A DNA stretch of 64,000 nucleotides, taken from the NCBI GenBank assembly GCA_048772705.1, contig JBLWGC010000047.1:1-64000 (forward strand). Reading direction: 5' to 3'. This document shows, one piece after another, positions 1-10,954 of the stretch. Each line of letters opens with the position of its first letter. The first letter of the stretch is position 1. The notes beneath the pieces were generated by a model. It was not told the DNA's origin. It made no database searches and was given only the letters and a program-made list of their open reading frames with translations. A program made the position numbers and the translations under genes. The DNA comes from Leidyana gryllorum EB-2025a. Taxonomy: Eukaryota > Protista > Apicomplexa.

Positions 1-176
1 GCCGTGTGAATGGCTCACGTTAACCTCCGAGGCTGCGGGGGTTCCTATAGGCTTACTCAACATAGGCGTGTCGCTCATTAGTTATCAACTAGCTCTGATC
101 TATTTACAAAAGACTAAAAGGATGTCGGCGACATAACATTGCCTTCGCGTTTTGCCTCACTGCGCCTGACCGCTCA
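1..176 (-). repeat. 3' LTR (truncated by the window edge)
   Basis: Identical to 4753-4928; preceded on the minus strand by the PPT and a GC spacer. Confidence 0.9.
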
Positions 177-178
177 GC

Positions 179-190
179 TCCCCTCCCGCC
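179..190 (-). other. Polypurine tract (GGCGGGAGGGGA)
   Basis: Purine-rich run between the integrase stop (198) and the TG of the 3' LTR. Confidence 0.8.
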
Positions 191-197
191 GCGTCCC

Positions 198-1545
198 TCA
201 ATCGATTACCACTCTAGAGGGCGCGCGGCGCTTCTTAGCGGGCGGGCCGTCCGCCGTGGGTCGTAGCGGATCTTCCACCCGCGCTCGCCCCTGCAAGACG
301 ACATCCTCCACAGTAACGTCCTTGGGCCAGCCCCGATTCAAAGGCCTCTCTCGTAGCCACTGCCCTTCGTTCTTCTCCACGTGGTCGACGGTAAGTTGGA
401 AGAGTGACCCGGGGATAGCAGCGGGCAGTGGGGTAAGCTTCCGGAGCGCTACTGTACGCAGCTCCTCGGCCCGGCCCAGGTGCGCCACTGTGGCACTACC
501 GTCCCGGACTCGCACCACGCGACACGGCAGGGAGTGGCGGAAGCTAGACGACGTGGGGCCGTGGAGATCTGCTTGCAGCATAGCGTCTCGGGCTTCCTTG
601 GACGCCTCGGTCAGGACCCAGTCACCTACTGTTATCGCCTTGGCGGGTTGCGCCTCCAGCGCCCGCGTTCGCTGCGCCAGCACCCACCCTACGTACCCTT
701 GCAACCGGTGGGCGCGCTGTTGCGCGACTCTAGCCTCGTTGTTGTCTTGTCGCAGCGCCTGCCAACCGGCGATCGCCGGCTCGAACCCCATCAACATGTA
801 GAACGGCGACCGCGCCGTAGCTACATGGGGCGTGGCGTTATAGGCCATCACTAGCGACGCGACCAGAGTCTCCAGCGGCTCCGCGGTGCCCTCGGCTACC
901 AGAGCGTCAACGCCCCGCTTGAGAAACTCGTGCGAGGCCTCGTTGATCCCGTTGCCTTGCGGGTAATGAGCCGTGGTGAAGTAGTGGGTACACCCCATTT
1001 CGATGTCCACAAGCTCGCGAAAGGCAGCCCCCTGGAACACCGATCCTCTGTCGGTAAGTATCGCGGTAGGGACCTGGAAGGTATAGAGCCACTTCTCCCG
1101 GAGGGCCTTGGCCACGCTCTTGGCCGTCGGGGGCTCCCACAGTACCTCCACTACCATGAATCGCGAGTAATGATCCACGATCACCACCCACCAGTAAGCT
1201 TCCCCTTTCCATCGTCTCGGCCCGACGAGGTCGATACTGACTATCTCGCACGGCCACGGCTTAGTCAACATGCCCACGAGGGCCCGCTTCGTCGGCTTAC
1301 GGAGTCGCTGACACACGATGCACGCCCTGACATACTCTGCGGCCTGCTCGGACATCCCTGGCCAGTAGACCCACTGCCGCATAAGCCTCAGCATCCGGTT
1401 TACCGCCACGTGCATCCCGGCCTTCCCGCAGTGGAACCAGTATAAGAGGGTCTCTCGCCAGTCTGGTGGAATCCACAGCTTCGTACTCCCTATTTTGTAA
1501 TACAGGCCTTCCGGCCCTTTTCTTATCAGATTCTCCTCTCCCGGA
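198..1545 (-). CDS. Integrase (HHCC zinc finger and DDE core) in the +1 frame relative to gag-pol
   Basis: LWIPP...WFHCGKAGMH...CIVCQ; SIDLVGP, LTDRGS and GNGINEASH catalytic motifs; YNATPH; C-terminal PPAKKRR. The 5' boundary is approximate. Confidence 0.93.
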
Positions 1546-4500
1546 GGGAATCGATTTAGACGCCTCTCGTAACTGAGGGATCGACGGGAGCAACGGGGGT
1601 GGCCAGATCTGCGCGACTGCCTCAGCCTCGAAGAGCGGCACGCAATACTCTTCCATATCTATCCCGCCTTCGTCATCTGCTGGGTGCCGCGACAAGTAAT
1701 CGGCCACGACGTTGTCCTCCCCTTCTAGGTAGATGAACTCCAAGTCGTACTGCTGTAAGAACAGCGACCAGCGCAGGAACTTGCCATCCTGCATCGCGTT
1801 GAAATACTTCAGCGCGGCATGGTCCGTAATTACGAAGGTCTTGCGGGTGCGGATGTAGTCGTGGAACTTCTTTACAGCCCACACCACTGCGAATGCTTCC
1901 TGTTCCGACGTGCTCCACCTGGTCTCCGCGTCAGTCAACTTCTTACTAGCATATTCCAGGGTCACCAGCGTCCCCTCCTGGGCTTGCATCAGCACCGCCC
2001 CGACCCCTTTCTTACAGGCATCCGTGTTAATCACGAACAGCCCAGGGCCCTTAGGATAGGCCAGTAAGGCCGCTTCGGCGATTCCCTTCTTAACTAGCGC
2101 GAACGCTCGTTGCTGCTCGGGACCCCACTCGAAGGGGTGACTCTGCTTGGTGAGAGACGTCAGTGGCTCCGCGATCGTGCTGTAATCCTGCACGAACTTT
2201 CTCAAGTAGCTACTCATCCCCAAGAACTCCCGTAGCTCTCTCAAATTCGTGGGTGCAGGTGCGTTTACGATCCCCTGCACCTTCTTCGGACTCGGCCTGA
2301 TGCCTTCCCGACTTACTCTAAACCCTAGCATGTTGACCTCTCGCCTGTACAGCTCCGTCTTCTTGAGCTTGAAGAAGAACCCTGCTTCCCTCGCCGCCGC
2401 CAGTACCTCTCGCAGCGTCGCGTCGTGTTCCTCCTTCGTGTCACCCCAAATGGTGATATCGTCAATGTACCTCGTCGCGCAACGGACGGAACCGAAGGCT
2501 AGATCTAACGCGCGTTGACACTCGCTCGGAGAATTACGCACTCCGAACGGGAGCACCGTGTACTCGTAAGTGCCAGCGTGGGTGATCATCGCGGTGTACG
2601 GCATACTCCCCTCCTCTAGCCTTACGTTCCAGAAACCGTTGGCGCAATCTAGAGCCGAGTACCACTCGTGCCCGGCTGCCAATTGGCACAGGTCCCACAC
2701 GTGAGGCAGGGGGTACGCGTCCGGTACCATCTGCGCGTTGAGAGGGCGGTAATCTACTACAATCCGCCACTCCCCAGTCTTCTTCTTTACAAATAAGGGG
2801 CTTGCACCCCACGGGCTCTTACTCGGCCTGATTACACCAGCCTTGAGCATACTCTGGAGTTGCTTATCCAACTCCTCCTTCAACTCCGCGGTCAGCGGTC
2901 TCAACCTTGCCCTATACGGCTTCCCGTAAACCTCGAAGCTGGCGGTGCTGACCTTAACTCGCCCCGGCACCGGGTCCAGCCAGGCATCTTTATACTCCCA
3001 CCAGATGTCCCACAGCTCAGAGACCCTCTCCGGACTCAAGTGACTCGTGATCGCATGAAACGTAGCTCGAGCCTCGGCTTTCTTTTCTTCGTCGGTAGCC
3101 CCTATCTCGTAGCCTGTAACGACGTCTTTAGCCGCATTGGCTCGCTTCTCTTCCTCCGTAAGCTCAACCATCAGCGCCTCGACCCTCCTAGGCAGTAACT
3201 GGCCCTCGAGAGGGTCCAGCAACAGCCCGCTGGTCTTCAACGCGTCCATACCTACTAGTAACTGGTCATGATGCGTCTCGACTACCCAAAACGATTGCTC
3301 AAAGCCAACCCCTCCAATCTCCAACTTTACAGGTTCGAGCTTCCGGCCCCTCGCGGTACCCAGCCCGGCGAAGTTTACCGTATCACCGGTAGCCCTTAAC
3401 CCGAACTTCTTACGCAACGAAGGCCCGCAGACACTGAAAGCCGCTCCTGTGTCGACTATCGCCTCGAACTCTACTCCGTTGATCTTTACGGGCATCCGGA
3501 AAGCCTTTCCGAACCCGTTCGGCGAGCAGCGATACACCTCTCTCTCGCCAAGGTAATCTTTGAGCAGGCGGCAGGTCTCCTCGAGGACTCCTTCATCGTC
3601 GGTCTCGCTCGACGAGTCCTCGGCCTCGCACACCTTGGCGTCCGCTTTCTCCTCTTCCGCTGCTTTCTTCTTGGCGGCCTCCTTGAGCTCTCGGTAATGC
3701 TTCGCTTTACGCTCTCTAACTTTCGCTGCTCGACTTCGCAAGATCTCCAACAGCTCTTCCGCGCTTACGATCTTCTCTTCGGCTGAATACGGCTCCTTAG
3801 ACTGAAGCACGTGACCTGCCCGGGTCTCCATTACACGAAGCTTGATCCTCTGCGACTTCGGATCGCGCTTTACTAGCGCCCTACACGTGGTCGCGGCGTG
3901 ACCTTTCTTGTCGCAATGCTCGCACTTTTTCTCCTTGTACTCGCAGTCCTTCGAGTGGTGACCCTTCAACCCACACCTGAAGCAGGGAGGCTTCTCCACC
4001 TCCTTCTTGGGGGTATCGGCCGGCGCCTTGGGCGGCTCCGCCGTTTTCTCTTCCATCGACTCATCAGTCGCCGGAGGCTCTGCCGTAAACAGCGGGACAC
4101 CCGTCCGCGCTCTCTTCTTAGCACACTCAGCTTCGGCGAACTCAGCCCCGTCCATTAAGGCCGTGAGCGAGTCGAGGTTGGGCATATAGCTTAATCTCTC
4201 GAGCACATCGAGGGGTAAACTTCTCTTGAAGAGCATCCGCAACCTTCCCTCGGTGAGCAGGGAGTCGTGTTGGCGACGGTCTCTCACTCGGACGAATCTC
4301 CTGCAGACCGAACGCATCCACGCCACCGCATCCGGCACTGTCCCCGCTCTCTTTCCCGCAGCGATCTCTAACTCGAGCTCCTCTACGTAGTCGGAGTGGC
4401 GGAAGTGTCTCTTCGCCACTCTCTCGACCATCTCCTCGTACTGGAGTCCCGCCGGTAGGCTACGGAGGGTTGCCGCTACATTCGGCGTTGCCACCAGAGC

Positions 4501-4830
4501 CCAGGCATCTCTGAAGAGTTCGGAGCAGAGTCCGAATCTCTTGATTTGCGCCGCCGCTGCGTCGACCCAGTCTTCGAACGCTCTCTCGTTGGGCGGGTCG
4601 AATGGAGCGAGGTTGAGGAAGTTGAGGAACTTGGCTCTCCGATTGAGCTGTTCCACCACGTCGTCCTCATGTGGTTCTCGGGGGAACCTCTCGTCGTTAG
4701 CTAGGAACTCCAACAGCACAGCCTCGTGGTTCCCAGAACAGCCCCCAGCTGAGCCGTGTGAATGGCTCACGTTAACCTCCGAGGCTGCGGGGGTTCCTAT
4801 AGGCTTACTCAACATAGGCGTGTCGCTCAT
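1297..4830 (-). CDS. gag-pol: Gag-Pol polyprotein (Gag with two CCHC knuckles, aspartic protease, reverse transcriptase, RNase H)
   Basis: Knuckles CFRCGLKGHHSKDC and CEHCDKKGHAATTC; protease IVDTGA; RT motifs WRIVVDYRPLN, LPFG and YIDDI; RNase H motifs NTDAC, EQEAFAVVWA, ITDH and NVVADYLSR. Confidence 0.96.
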   Translation of the reverse strand: MSDTPMLSKPIGTPAASEVNVSHSHGSAGGCSGNHEAVLLEFLANDERFPREPHEDDVVEQLNRRAKFLNFLNLAPFDPPNERAFEDWVDAAAAQIKRFGLCSELFRDAWALVATPNVAATLRSLPAGLQYEEMVERVAKRHFRHSDYVEELELEIAAGKRAGTVPDAVAWMRSVCRRFVRVRDRRQHDSLLTEGRLRMLFKRSLPLDVLERLSYMPNLDSLTALMDGAEFAEAECAKKRARTGVPLFTAEPPATDESMEEKTAEPPKAPADTPKKEVEKPPCFRCGLKGHHSKDCEYKEKKCEHCDKKGHAATTCRALVKRDPKSQRIKLRVMETRAGHVLQSKEPYSAEEKIVSAEELLEILRSRAAKVRERKAKHYRELKEAAKKKAAEEEKADAKVCEAEDSSSETDDEGVLEETCRLLKDYLGEREVYRCSPNGFGKAFRMPVKINGVEFEAIVDTGAAFSVCGPSLRKKFGLRATGDTVNFAGLGTARGRKLEPVKLEIGGVGFEQSFWVVETHHDQLLVGMDALKTSGLLLDPLEGQLLPRRVEALMVELTEEEKRANAAKDVVTGYEIGATDEEKKAEARATFHAITSHLSPERVSELWDIWWEYKDAWLDPVPGRVKVSTASFEVYGKPYRARLRPLTAELKEELDKQLQSMLKAGVIRPSKSPWGASPLFVKKKTGEWRIVVDYRPLNAQMVPDAYPLPHVWDLCQLAAGHEWYSALDCANGFWNVRLEEGSMPYTAMITHAGTYEYTVLPFGVRNSPSECQRALDLAFGSVRCATRYIDDITIWGDTKEEHDATLREVLAAAREAGFFFKLKKTELYRREVNMLGFRVSREGIRPSPKKVQGIVNAPAPTNLRELREFLGMSSYLRKFVQDYSTIAEPLTSLTKQSHPFEWGPEQQRAFALVKKGIAEAALLAYPKGPGLFVINTDACKKGVGAVLMQAQEGTLVTLEYASKKLTDAETRWSTSEQEAFAVVWAVKKFHDYIRTRKTFVITDHAALKYFNAMQDGKFLRWSLFLQQYDLEFIYLEGEDNVVADYLSRHPADDEGGIDMEEYCVPLFEAEAVAQIWPPPLLPSIPQLREASKSIPSGRGESDKKRAGRPVLQNREYEAVDSTRLARDPLILVPLREGRDARGGKPDAEAYAAVGLLARDVRAGRRVCQGVHRVSATP
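4730..4747 (-). other. Primer-binding site, tRNA-Pro type (TGGGGGCTGTTCTGGGAA)
   Basis: An 18-mer starting TGG, 2 nt after the LTR's CA. It resembles the MLV tRNA-Pro PBS TGGGGGCTCGTCCGGGAT. Confidence 0.8.
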
Positions 4831-4928
4831 TAGTTATCAACTAGCTCTGATCTATTTACAAAAGACTAAAAGGATGTCGGCGACATAACATTGCCTTCGC
4901 GTTTTGCCTCACTGCGCCTGACCGCTCA
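4750..4928 (-). repeat. 5' LTR (179 bp, TGAGC...GCTCA)
   Basis: On the minus strand it starts TGAGCGG at 4928 and ends CGGCTCA at 4750, a 5-bp terminal inverted repeat. A 2-nt GC spacer and the PBS follow. Confidence 0.88.
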
Positions 4929-5614
4929 GCGCGTGAAGCATCTTTCTCCCCCGCGCCACCATCTGCCTTCCGTACAGTATCTCCACCAGACGACCACCGA
5001 GGCGATGATTACTCGGCTGGAAATTAGATCAGATACATAGATAAATTGAGTTCGTAGAAGTGCAAATGCAGTCGTACGAATTACAATCACAACAAAAGTC
5101 GCTCAAATTGACGCCATGGGGTCTAAATATGTGTATCGCTTGCTGCGTTGTGGAAGGCCCTCCTTGTGTCGTTGACGGAGAGTGTGATGATCCACCACAA
5201 GAATTCTGATGTGATAAGTCCCCAGCAAGGGCGTTACCGCACTCAGCGATCAAAAACACCTTTGCCCGAATGGTCGCCGTCGATTCTCCGAAGCAATGGT
5301 ACTCTTATTCTGCTGCGAGTATTCTTTCGGGCTGAAGAGAAAGTTCGGAGTGGGAGCTGTGCCGTCAATTGCCACATGCGCGCATTCGGTGGCCGTTCAT
5401 GAGGCATTTCTACATCGGGAGTCATCCGATGGCCACGAGGTCACAATGGATTGAAGAAAGCGAGACATGGGACACAATGCTCTCTTGTATCACAACGATG
5501 GGACACTGCAACGGGAAATGAAACGGGATAACGACATGGTACTGCCCGGCCGCTCATTTCAGCGCGCACACGGGTGTGTGTGCAAACACATTCCCCGACC
5601 TGTGGTGCTGACGA

Positions 5615-7620
5615 ATGCTTAGCGATCTCATCTGGGCCCAAATTCTGGGCTTTCTGCCGCTGTGGGAGCTGACAAGAATAGCAGGAGTCTCCAAACAGAT
5701 ATACCATGTCCTAAGTTCGGAAAGTTCACTGTTGGTGGCTGAAACGCTCAGCCTCAGCGGGGCACAGTGGGCGTGGGTGCAGCGCGCATCGTGGTTTGGA
5801 ATGTGGCTCCGCAGATCGTGCCCCCACCTGAAAACCGTGACATGGATGGGGCATGCAAGGAAAGACCTCGACATCGTTGATATGTTGCAAAAGATGTGCG
5901 AATGGGGTCTCCCCAGGCTGACTGAGGCGGCGTTAAGTGCGGTCTTCGACAGTGGGGGTTCGTGGCGATCCCATACATTCAAATTCCCCGAGCTGAAGTT
6001 TCTGGACATCACTTTCTCTGAGTTGCCTGAAGGGTCACTCCATATAGATGCTCCGAAGTTGGAGTGTTTAGCTGTCAAAAGGCACTGCCTTCCTTTCATT
6101 GACCACGACTTGGCATTTGCACTGCGTCGGGCTGTGGGTGACGGACCCAATGATACAATTGTGGGGGTGACGAAGCCCGAATTCACATATTGGATTGCCG
6201 GACATGAAGATGTCCACGGCTCGATTGGTGACGGTTTTTGGAAGACGTCTCCCGTCCTATCGGATTATCTCCCTCACCCGCCGGATTGGACGGGTGACCA
6301 GCCGGAATTGCAGTACGAACCCACTTACACGTGGCCAAAGAACGCGAGGTGAGGAGTTGCTGGGGTTCTCATTGCACAGATCGCAGGGAGTCGCAAAGGG
6401 TTGTCGATTACGTTATGAGAGAGTGGACCGATGCCGAGCGTCTTTTGCACCCGTACTGTCGCATATACCTGGAAAGGTCCCATTACCAGCGGCAGCTTCC
6501 TGTGCAATGGATTGTCGACGAGCTTCCGGAGAACGGAACCTTTCTCTCGCACGCGTATTCAAGCTTAGGATGGTTCCGGTTGGCACGAACAAAGGATTTG
6601 GATTCATTTTCTCCTCCGTGGAATGCGCTCCCATTGACCGAACCTCCCGCTGTATACCCGCCCGCCTTCGCTGGGCAGGCGAGTGATCACACAGCGTATC
6701 TGTGTACTACCGGCTTTCGGCCTCGAGTGTATTGGTCCGAGCTGAGACGGATCCTCTATTTCAACACCGACGTCATTCCGACTCTGACGGAAGAGTCAAT
6801 CAACGTTTTGCCTTTTGAGAATCTGGAGCGGATTGAGTTACCCCTTCAGGGATGGCAGCTCGTTGAAACACTGTCCAAAGAGGGTGTCCCCCCGCGTTGG
6901 CTTCCCGATTGTGTTCGAGTTCTGTGCCTTCACACCAAACGCGATGACCCACCCGCAGCTATTCAACGTTTGATTGAGAGTTGTCAGATCCAATATGTCG
7001 GTGTTACAGGAATCCCCTGGAATATCGCGAAGCTGACTGATTGGTTTCTGGTTGGGCACTCTGTTTGGCGACGGAAAGGCCTTCGGATCCGTTTCGGCCT
7101 CCAAGCTGCAGCACTCCTACAGTACCCGTGGCCTAAGGTGCAATTGGAACTCGTCTCCGGTCTTTACACCGATGTCACTCTCCGGGCTATGCTGGAATAC
7201 ATCGGGTGCTCGGCTGATGAGATCGATACGTATTGGATGGGTCTATGTGCTGACGGCCACGAGGAGTGGGCACCGTTGCGCGAGAAGAGTCTTCAGGCTG
7301 CGTCCGGCTGGTTTAGCTACACTTGCATCCGTTCGGTTCCAAGAGTAGTCCTGAGTCAGTGGTATACAAAGATGTTAGAAGCCACCTTGAAGGAAGCTCA
7401 AATCTCCACTGGCGGTATCTTCGATGAATTCCTTCCCCTTTCCTCACGAGATGTGTGGCTGAGCAGTATGGTGATCAACCAACAATTCGGAGTTCTGCAG
7501 GATATGGGGATTCCTGTGTTACTGTCGTCTGTCTGTCCCCCCAGCCTGCGTAGCAGAGTGTTCGCCAATAGTGACATTGAGGACCCCACAACGCCAGCAT
7601 CAACACAGGGAGGGCCCTGA
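5615..7620 (+). CDS. F-box protein, family member 1 (two exons; intron 6349-6386)
   Basis: N-terminal F-box-like LSDLIWAQILGFLPLWELTRIAGVSKQI with LRR-like segments. A 38-nt GTGAG...CAG intron joins ORFs 5615 and 6331 in frame. Confidence 0.75.
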
Positions 7621-7649
7621 CTCTCTTCTCTCTTCATGATGTGGGGTCA

Positions 7650-8030
7650 TACTTTTCTAAGAGACGATACGTGAGCTTAACAGTGAGCTCTCAGAGCATC
7701 TGGGCACAGCGCTCTTCGTGGGGCGAAGTGTAGCACAGGTCGCGCCCCACCTGGGATCTGCGAAATGGATGGGGTTTGGATGCTGCAGAAGATGTGCCGA
7801 TGGGGTGAGGCTGACTGAGGGGGTAATCAGGGAGTTCGTCGACAGTGGGATATCGTGAGTAGGAATCCCATACATTCGATTCCTTCCAGCTGCACTTTCT
7901 GGATATTACTCTGTGTGACGACTCTGAAGTCATAAGGCACCGACGCGAAGATGACTGATTGGGCACTCTATTTGGCGACGGAAAGGGTTTCGGATCCGTT
8001 TCGGCCTCCAAGGTGCCGCCCTCCTACAAA
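7650..8030 (+). pseudogene. Internally deleted, decayed copy of F-box gene 1
   Basis: Patches match about 5700-6030 (gccccacctg, gaagatgtgc, ctgactgagg, gacagtggg, tttctgga) and about 7035-7120 (gggcactct.tttggcgacggaaagg.ttcggatccgtttcggcctccaag). No continuous ORF. Confidence 0.8.
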
Positions 8031-8815
8031 CAGTCCTTTCAGCCAGTGGGACACTAGGTGAGCATGTTCAAGACCATCGCAGTCGAACCCCGCAGAAGGA
8101 AATTCCACTATGAGACACTTTCAGATCGTTTCCTGCATCATCTGTCGGACGATTTGGTCCCACATAGCCTCCAGACAAAAGGGTGGCAACACTACTAGTG
8201 AATGGTGTAATCTTATTGGCGTGCTGAATGAAGTGATCAGCAGCAGCCTGTGCCTTTGCGTCCTCCTGGTCCGGATTTCGGCATCGGCGGTCCTCGGGGC
8301 GGCATTCTCCAACATAGACCAACGAAGATCCCAATGGTTGACAAAAGAAGTGAGGAAACTTTCACAGTGGCTCAGCTGCAGTGTGGTCGTTAGTTTCGCA
8401 CACCTATCCACTCACACAACGAATATCCCATTGACAGAACAGATATTTTGATGGGGAAGTACACTGTTTCTCGATGGAGGCTTGAGTTTTGACCACAGCT
8501 ATAGCTAGTAGTTCAGATTTGTTCTAGTAAGGTAGGAAGCGTGTCGTTCATTACAGTCGAGTAGCCTTGCTCCACTTTCCCAGTCGGATCTGACCGCTTG
8601 CTTTAGTCGGTAGATGAGGCGACCCCGTTCTCGTGATGATTGCTACAAGCAGCACGCAGTTGAGGCCTGTGTTGTGCGGGACGAATGCAGCTCGTGCGGC
8701 GTTGCCCACTTTCAGGTAGCAGATTTCGACAAACTCGGGGAAGTGAGGCTCGACTCGAGAATGGTGGGTATATCCTGGTAGAAGCCGGGATTGATGCGAG
8801 GCCGAGTGAACGAAA

Positions 8816-10724
8816 ATGGCCCAACTCTCCGCCAGACTGTGGTTGCCTATCTTCCAGTACCTCTCTTTGCTCGATGGTGTGAGATGTCGAGCGCTTTGCA
8901 GGGAAGCCCGCTGTTGTGTGGAGAGATTGTTGATATACGAGTCAATGGTCCTGGATGATTTGGGGGTTCAACTACTTGAACGATATTCGTGGTGGGAAGA
9001 TTGCCTAGCTCGATCAGTCCCACATCTCAAGTACTTATGTGTCCACACTAGCCACGACGGGTGGCAGAAACCTCCCCGAGTGTCTGCCTTGTCGACATTG
9101 CGGCGGATGTCGTCTATTGGTTTATCCCATTTACTATCGCTAACAATGAAGGGACAAGCCGCAATTGCTCCGCGCACTGAGGGTGTCTTCTCGATTGATC
9201 TGCCAGAGTGCAGAGACGTGATTCTCTTGAACTTCAATCTTGTCCGTCACGGTCTGGAGATCCGAGCCCCTGAAGTTAGGACGCTCGCTGGAAGCGCTCA
9301 ATCCGTCCAAATAGTCGTGCAGAACCCGTTTTGTGCAAACTCGGCCACTTTCACGGCGGTGACGGACGATGAAAGTGATGCAATAATTTGGGATATACAC
9401 CTTCCTGCGAGGTGCATTCGCGTCAGCAGAGTACCACGTAATGGTCGATATTACCGCTTTGGCCTGGATGTAGCTCGAGGTGTGTGGGCAGAGCCTCAAG
9501 ATCGCTTGTTGCTGCCCCTACCAGCACTCTGCCTGTGGTTACGACATGATCGACGAAAGTGAGGCATACATGTTGCACTCCGGTTGCCTGAAAATACTTT
9601 GCCGCAGAGACGAGGGGAGGGCTTCGGACATTGTGGACTATCTGTCAAAATATGATCAATTGCTCGAGACCTACTTACCCGCCAACGTTGCACACTTGAT
9701 AAGGCAAATGCCATCCTTCCGCATACGGGGGACTTCAACCCTCCCTGGCTGGGAAGCGATTGCGAGAGATCGAGATTTCCACGCGATTCCCCCCGCTATC
9801 CGTATCATTCCACTGTTCTGTCGGCCCCTGCTGCCGCTCGGGAGACCGGGTGGGGTGATACCGCAGAACTCAAGGAGAGAAGCGCTTAGAGAATGGAAGC
9901 CGTTTCATTTGGAAGAGCCTACGGACGCGCAGTCCTTAACGGTCACGATGGAACGACAACGTGCCTTCGACCGAGTGTCGCGTCGGGAGTTCGGAAAGCG
10001 AAATTCAATCATATACCTATCTGATGATAGTTGGCGTTATTTCATAGACACTGCGCCATACACCAAACTTCCGTGGAGAAAAGCGTCCTGTGTTGTATTG
10101 AAGTGTCGCAAACTTCCTATTTGCAGTGTGCGGGATTGGGAGAGGTGTGTGAAAGCTCTTCACACAATGAGAGTCCAATACGTCACTTTGGAGGAGCCTC
10201 TGAGCCATATCTCAGACTTCATACTCCTCTATCTGGCCTTATGGTCTCTTCAACGAGATTCTCGGAGGCTGGTGCGGATTGGCTGTCGAGTCCTTTGTAG
10301 TTTGCCATACCCCGTAGACTACGCAACGTGTGAGATGATATCGGGCAAATATACCTGCCGGATTCTCCAGGATGTTCTCAACTATCTGAACTGCGATACG
10401 AGAACGGTTGAAGAGTACAGCCGTAGTCAGAGTGGGGCATTCACCACAGAGGAGCTGTACAACCGCATCATGCGAATGAATCATCGCGCTCGCCCAATCT
10501 CATCGTTGGAAGAGTGGGAAGTGAGGCAATTTAGGGCATTCTACGTGAAAGCACAATGTCTCACTGATGCACGATTGGTGACGAAGTTCTGCTCCGAGCC
10601 CGATGCCACCCCGACAGCGGTCGGCACGATCGAACTGACTCATCTTTGGTTCCTACGCCAATTGCGACGGGGCAATCTGGAAGCTTTGTCGGACTGGGGA
10701 GGTGATCTTGGCGCTCGCGAGTAA
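8816..10724 (+). CDS. F-box protein, family member 2 (intron 9559-9607)
   Basis: LSARLWLPIFQYLSLLDGVRCRALCR; a 49-nt GTGAG...CAG intron restores the frame into ORF 9480. Confidence 0.75.
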
Positions 10725-10954
10725 TGCCGAGGGGACTGCGCGTGTCTTTGCAGAACCGTTTCGCACCAATTCTGTTGCCTGACTAATCGATGAGTTGTTG
10801 TTAAGCTTCAATGTGCCCTGTTGCGCAAAGTGAGATAGTCGCAGTAGGAAACACTCGAATGTCCAAAAATGATTGGGGTGGACATGTCTGAGAACCCCAC
10901 TAGGGTTACACACTTTGCCATTCATGTTGCAGGAAGTGTACTTCTCAACCGTCT

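Larger units (their letters stand above)
1..4928 (-). mobile_element. Ty3/gypsy (Metaviridae) LTR retrotransposon, essentially full length; the last 3 nt of the 3' LTR lie left of the window
   Basis: Domain order is gag-PR-RT-RH-IN. Positions 1-178 are identical to 4753-4930. A PBS and a PPT sit in the canonical positions. Confidence 0.97.

Noticed and set aside
1-178. Head-to-tail tandem retrotransposon array sharing a micro-LTR of about 80 bp, suggested by the gag start reappearing at position 78
   Set aside because: The TGAGC/GCTCA termini plus the PBS at 4730-4747 define a 179-bp LTR that contains the gag start, which explains the repeat without a second element.
139-1445. Plus-strand ORFs antisense to integrase
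   Set aside because: No motifs; expected shadows of GC-rich coding sequence.
4931-5600. Possible gene disrupted by the retrotransposon
   Set aside because: Only short ORFs with no recognisable similarity; cannot be supported.
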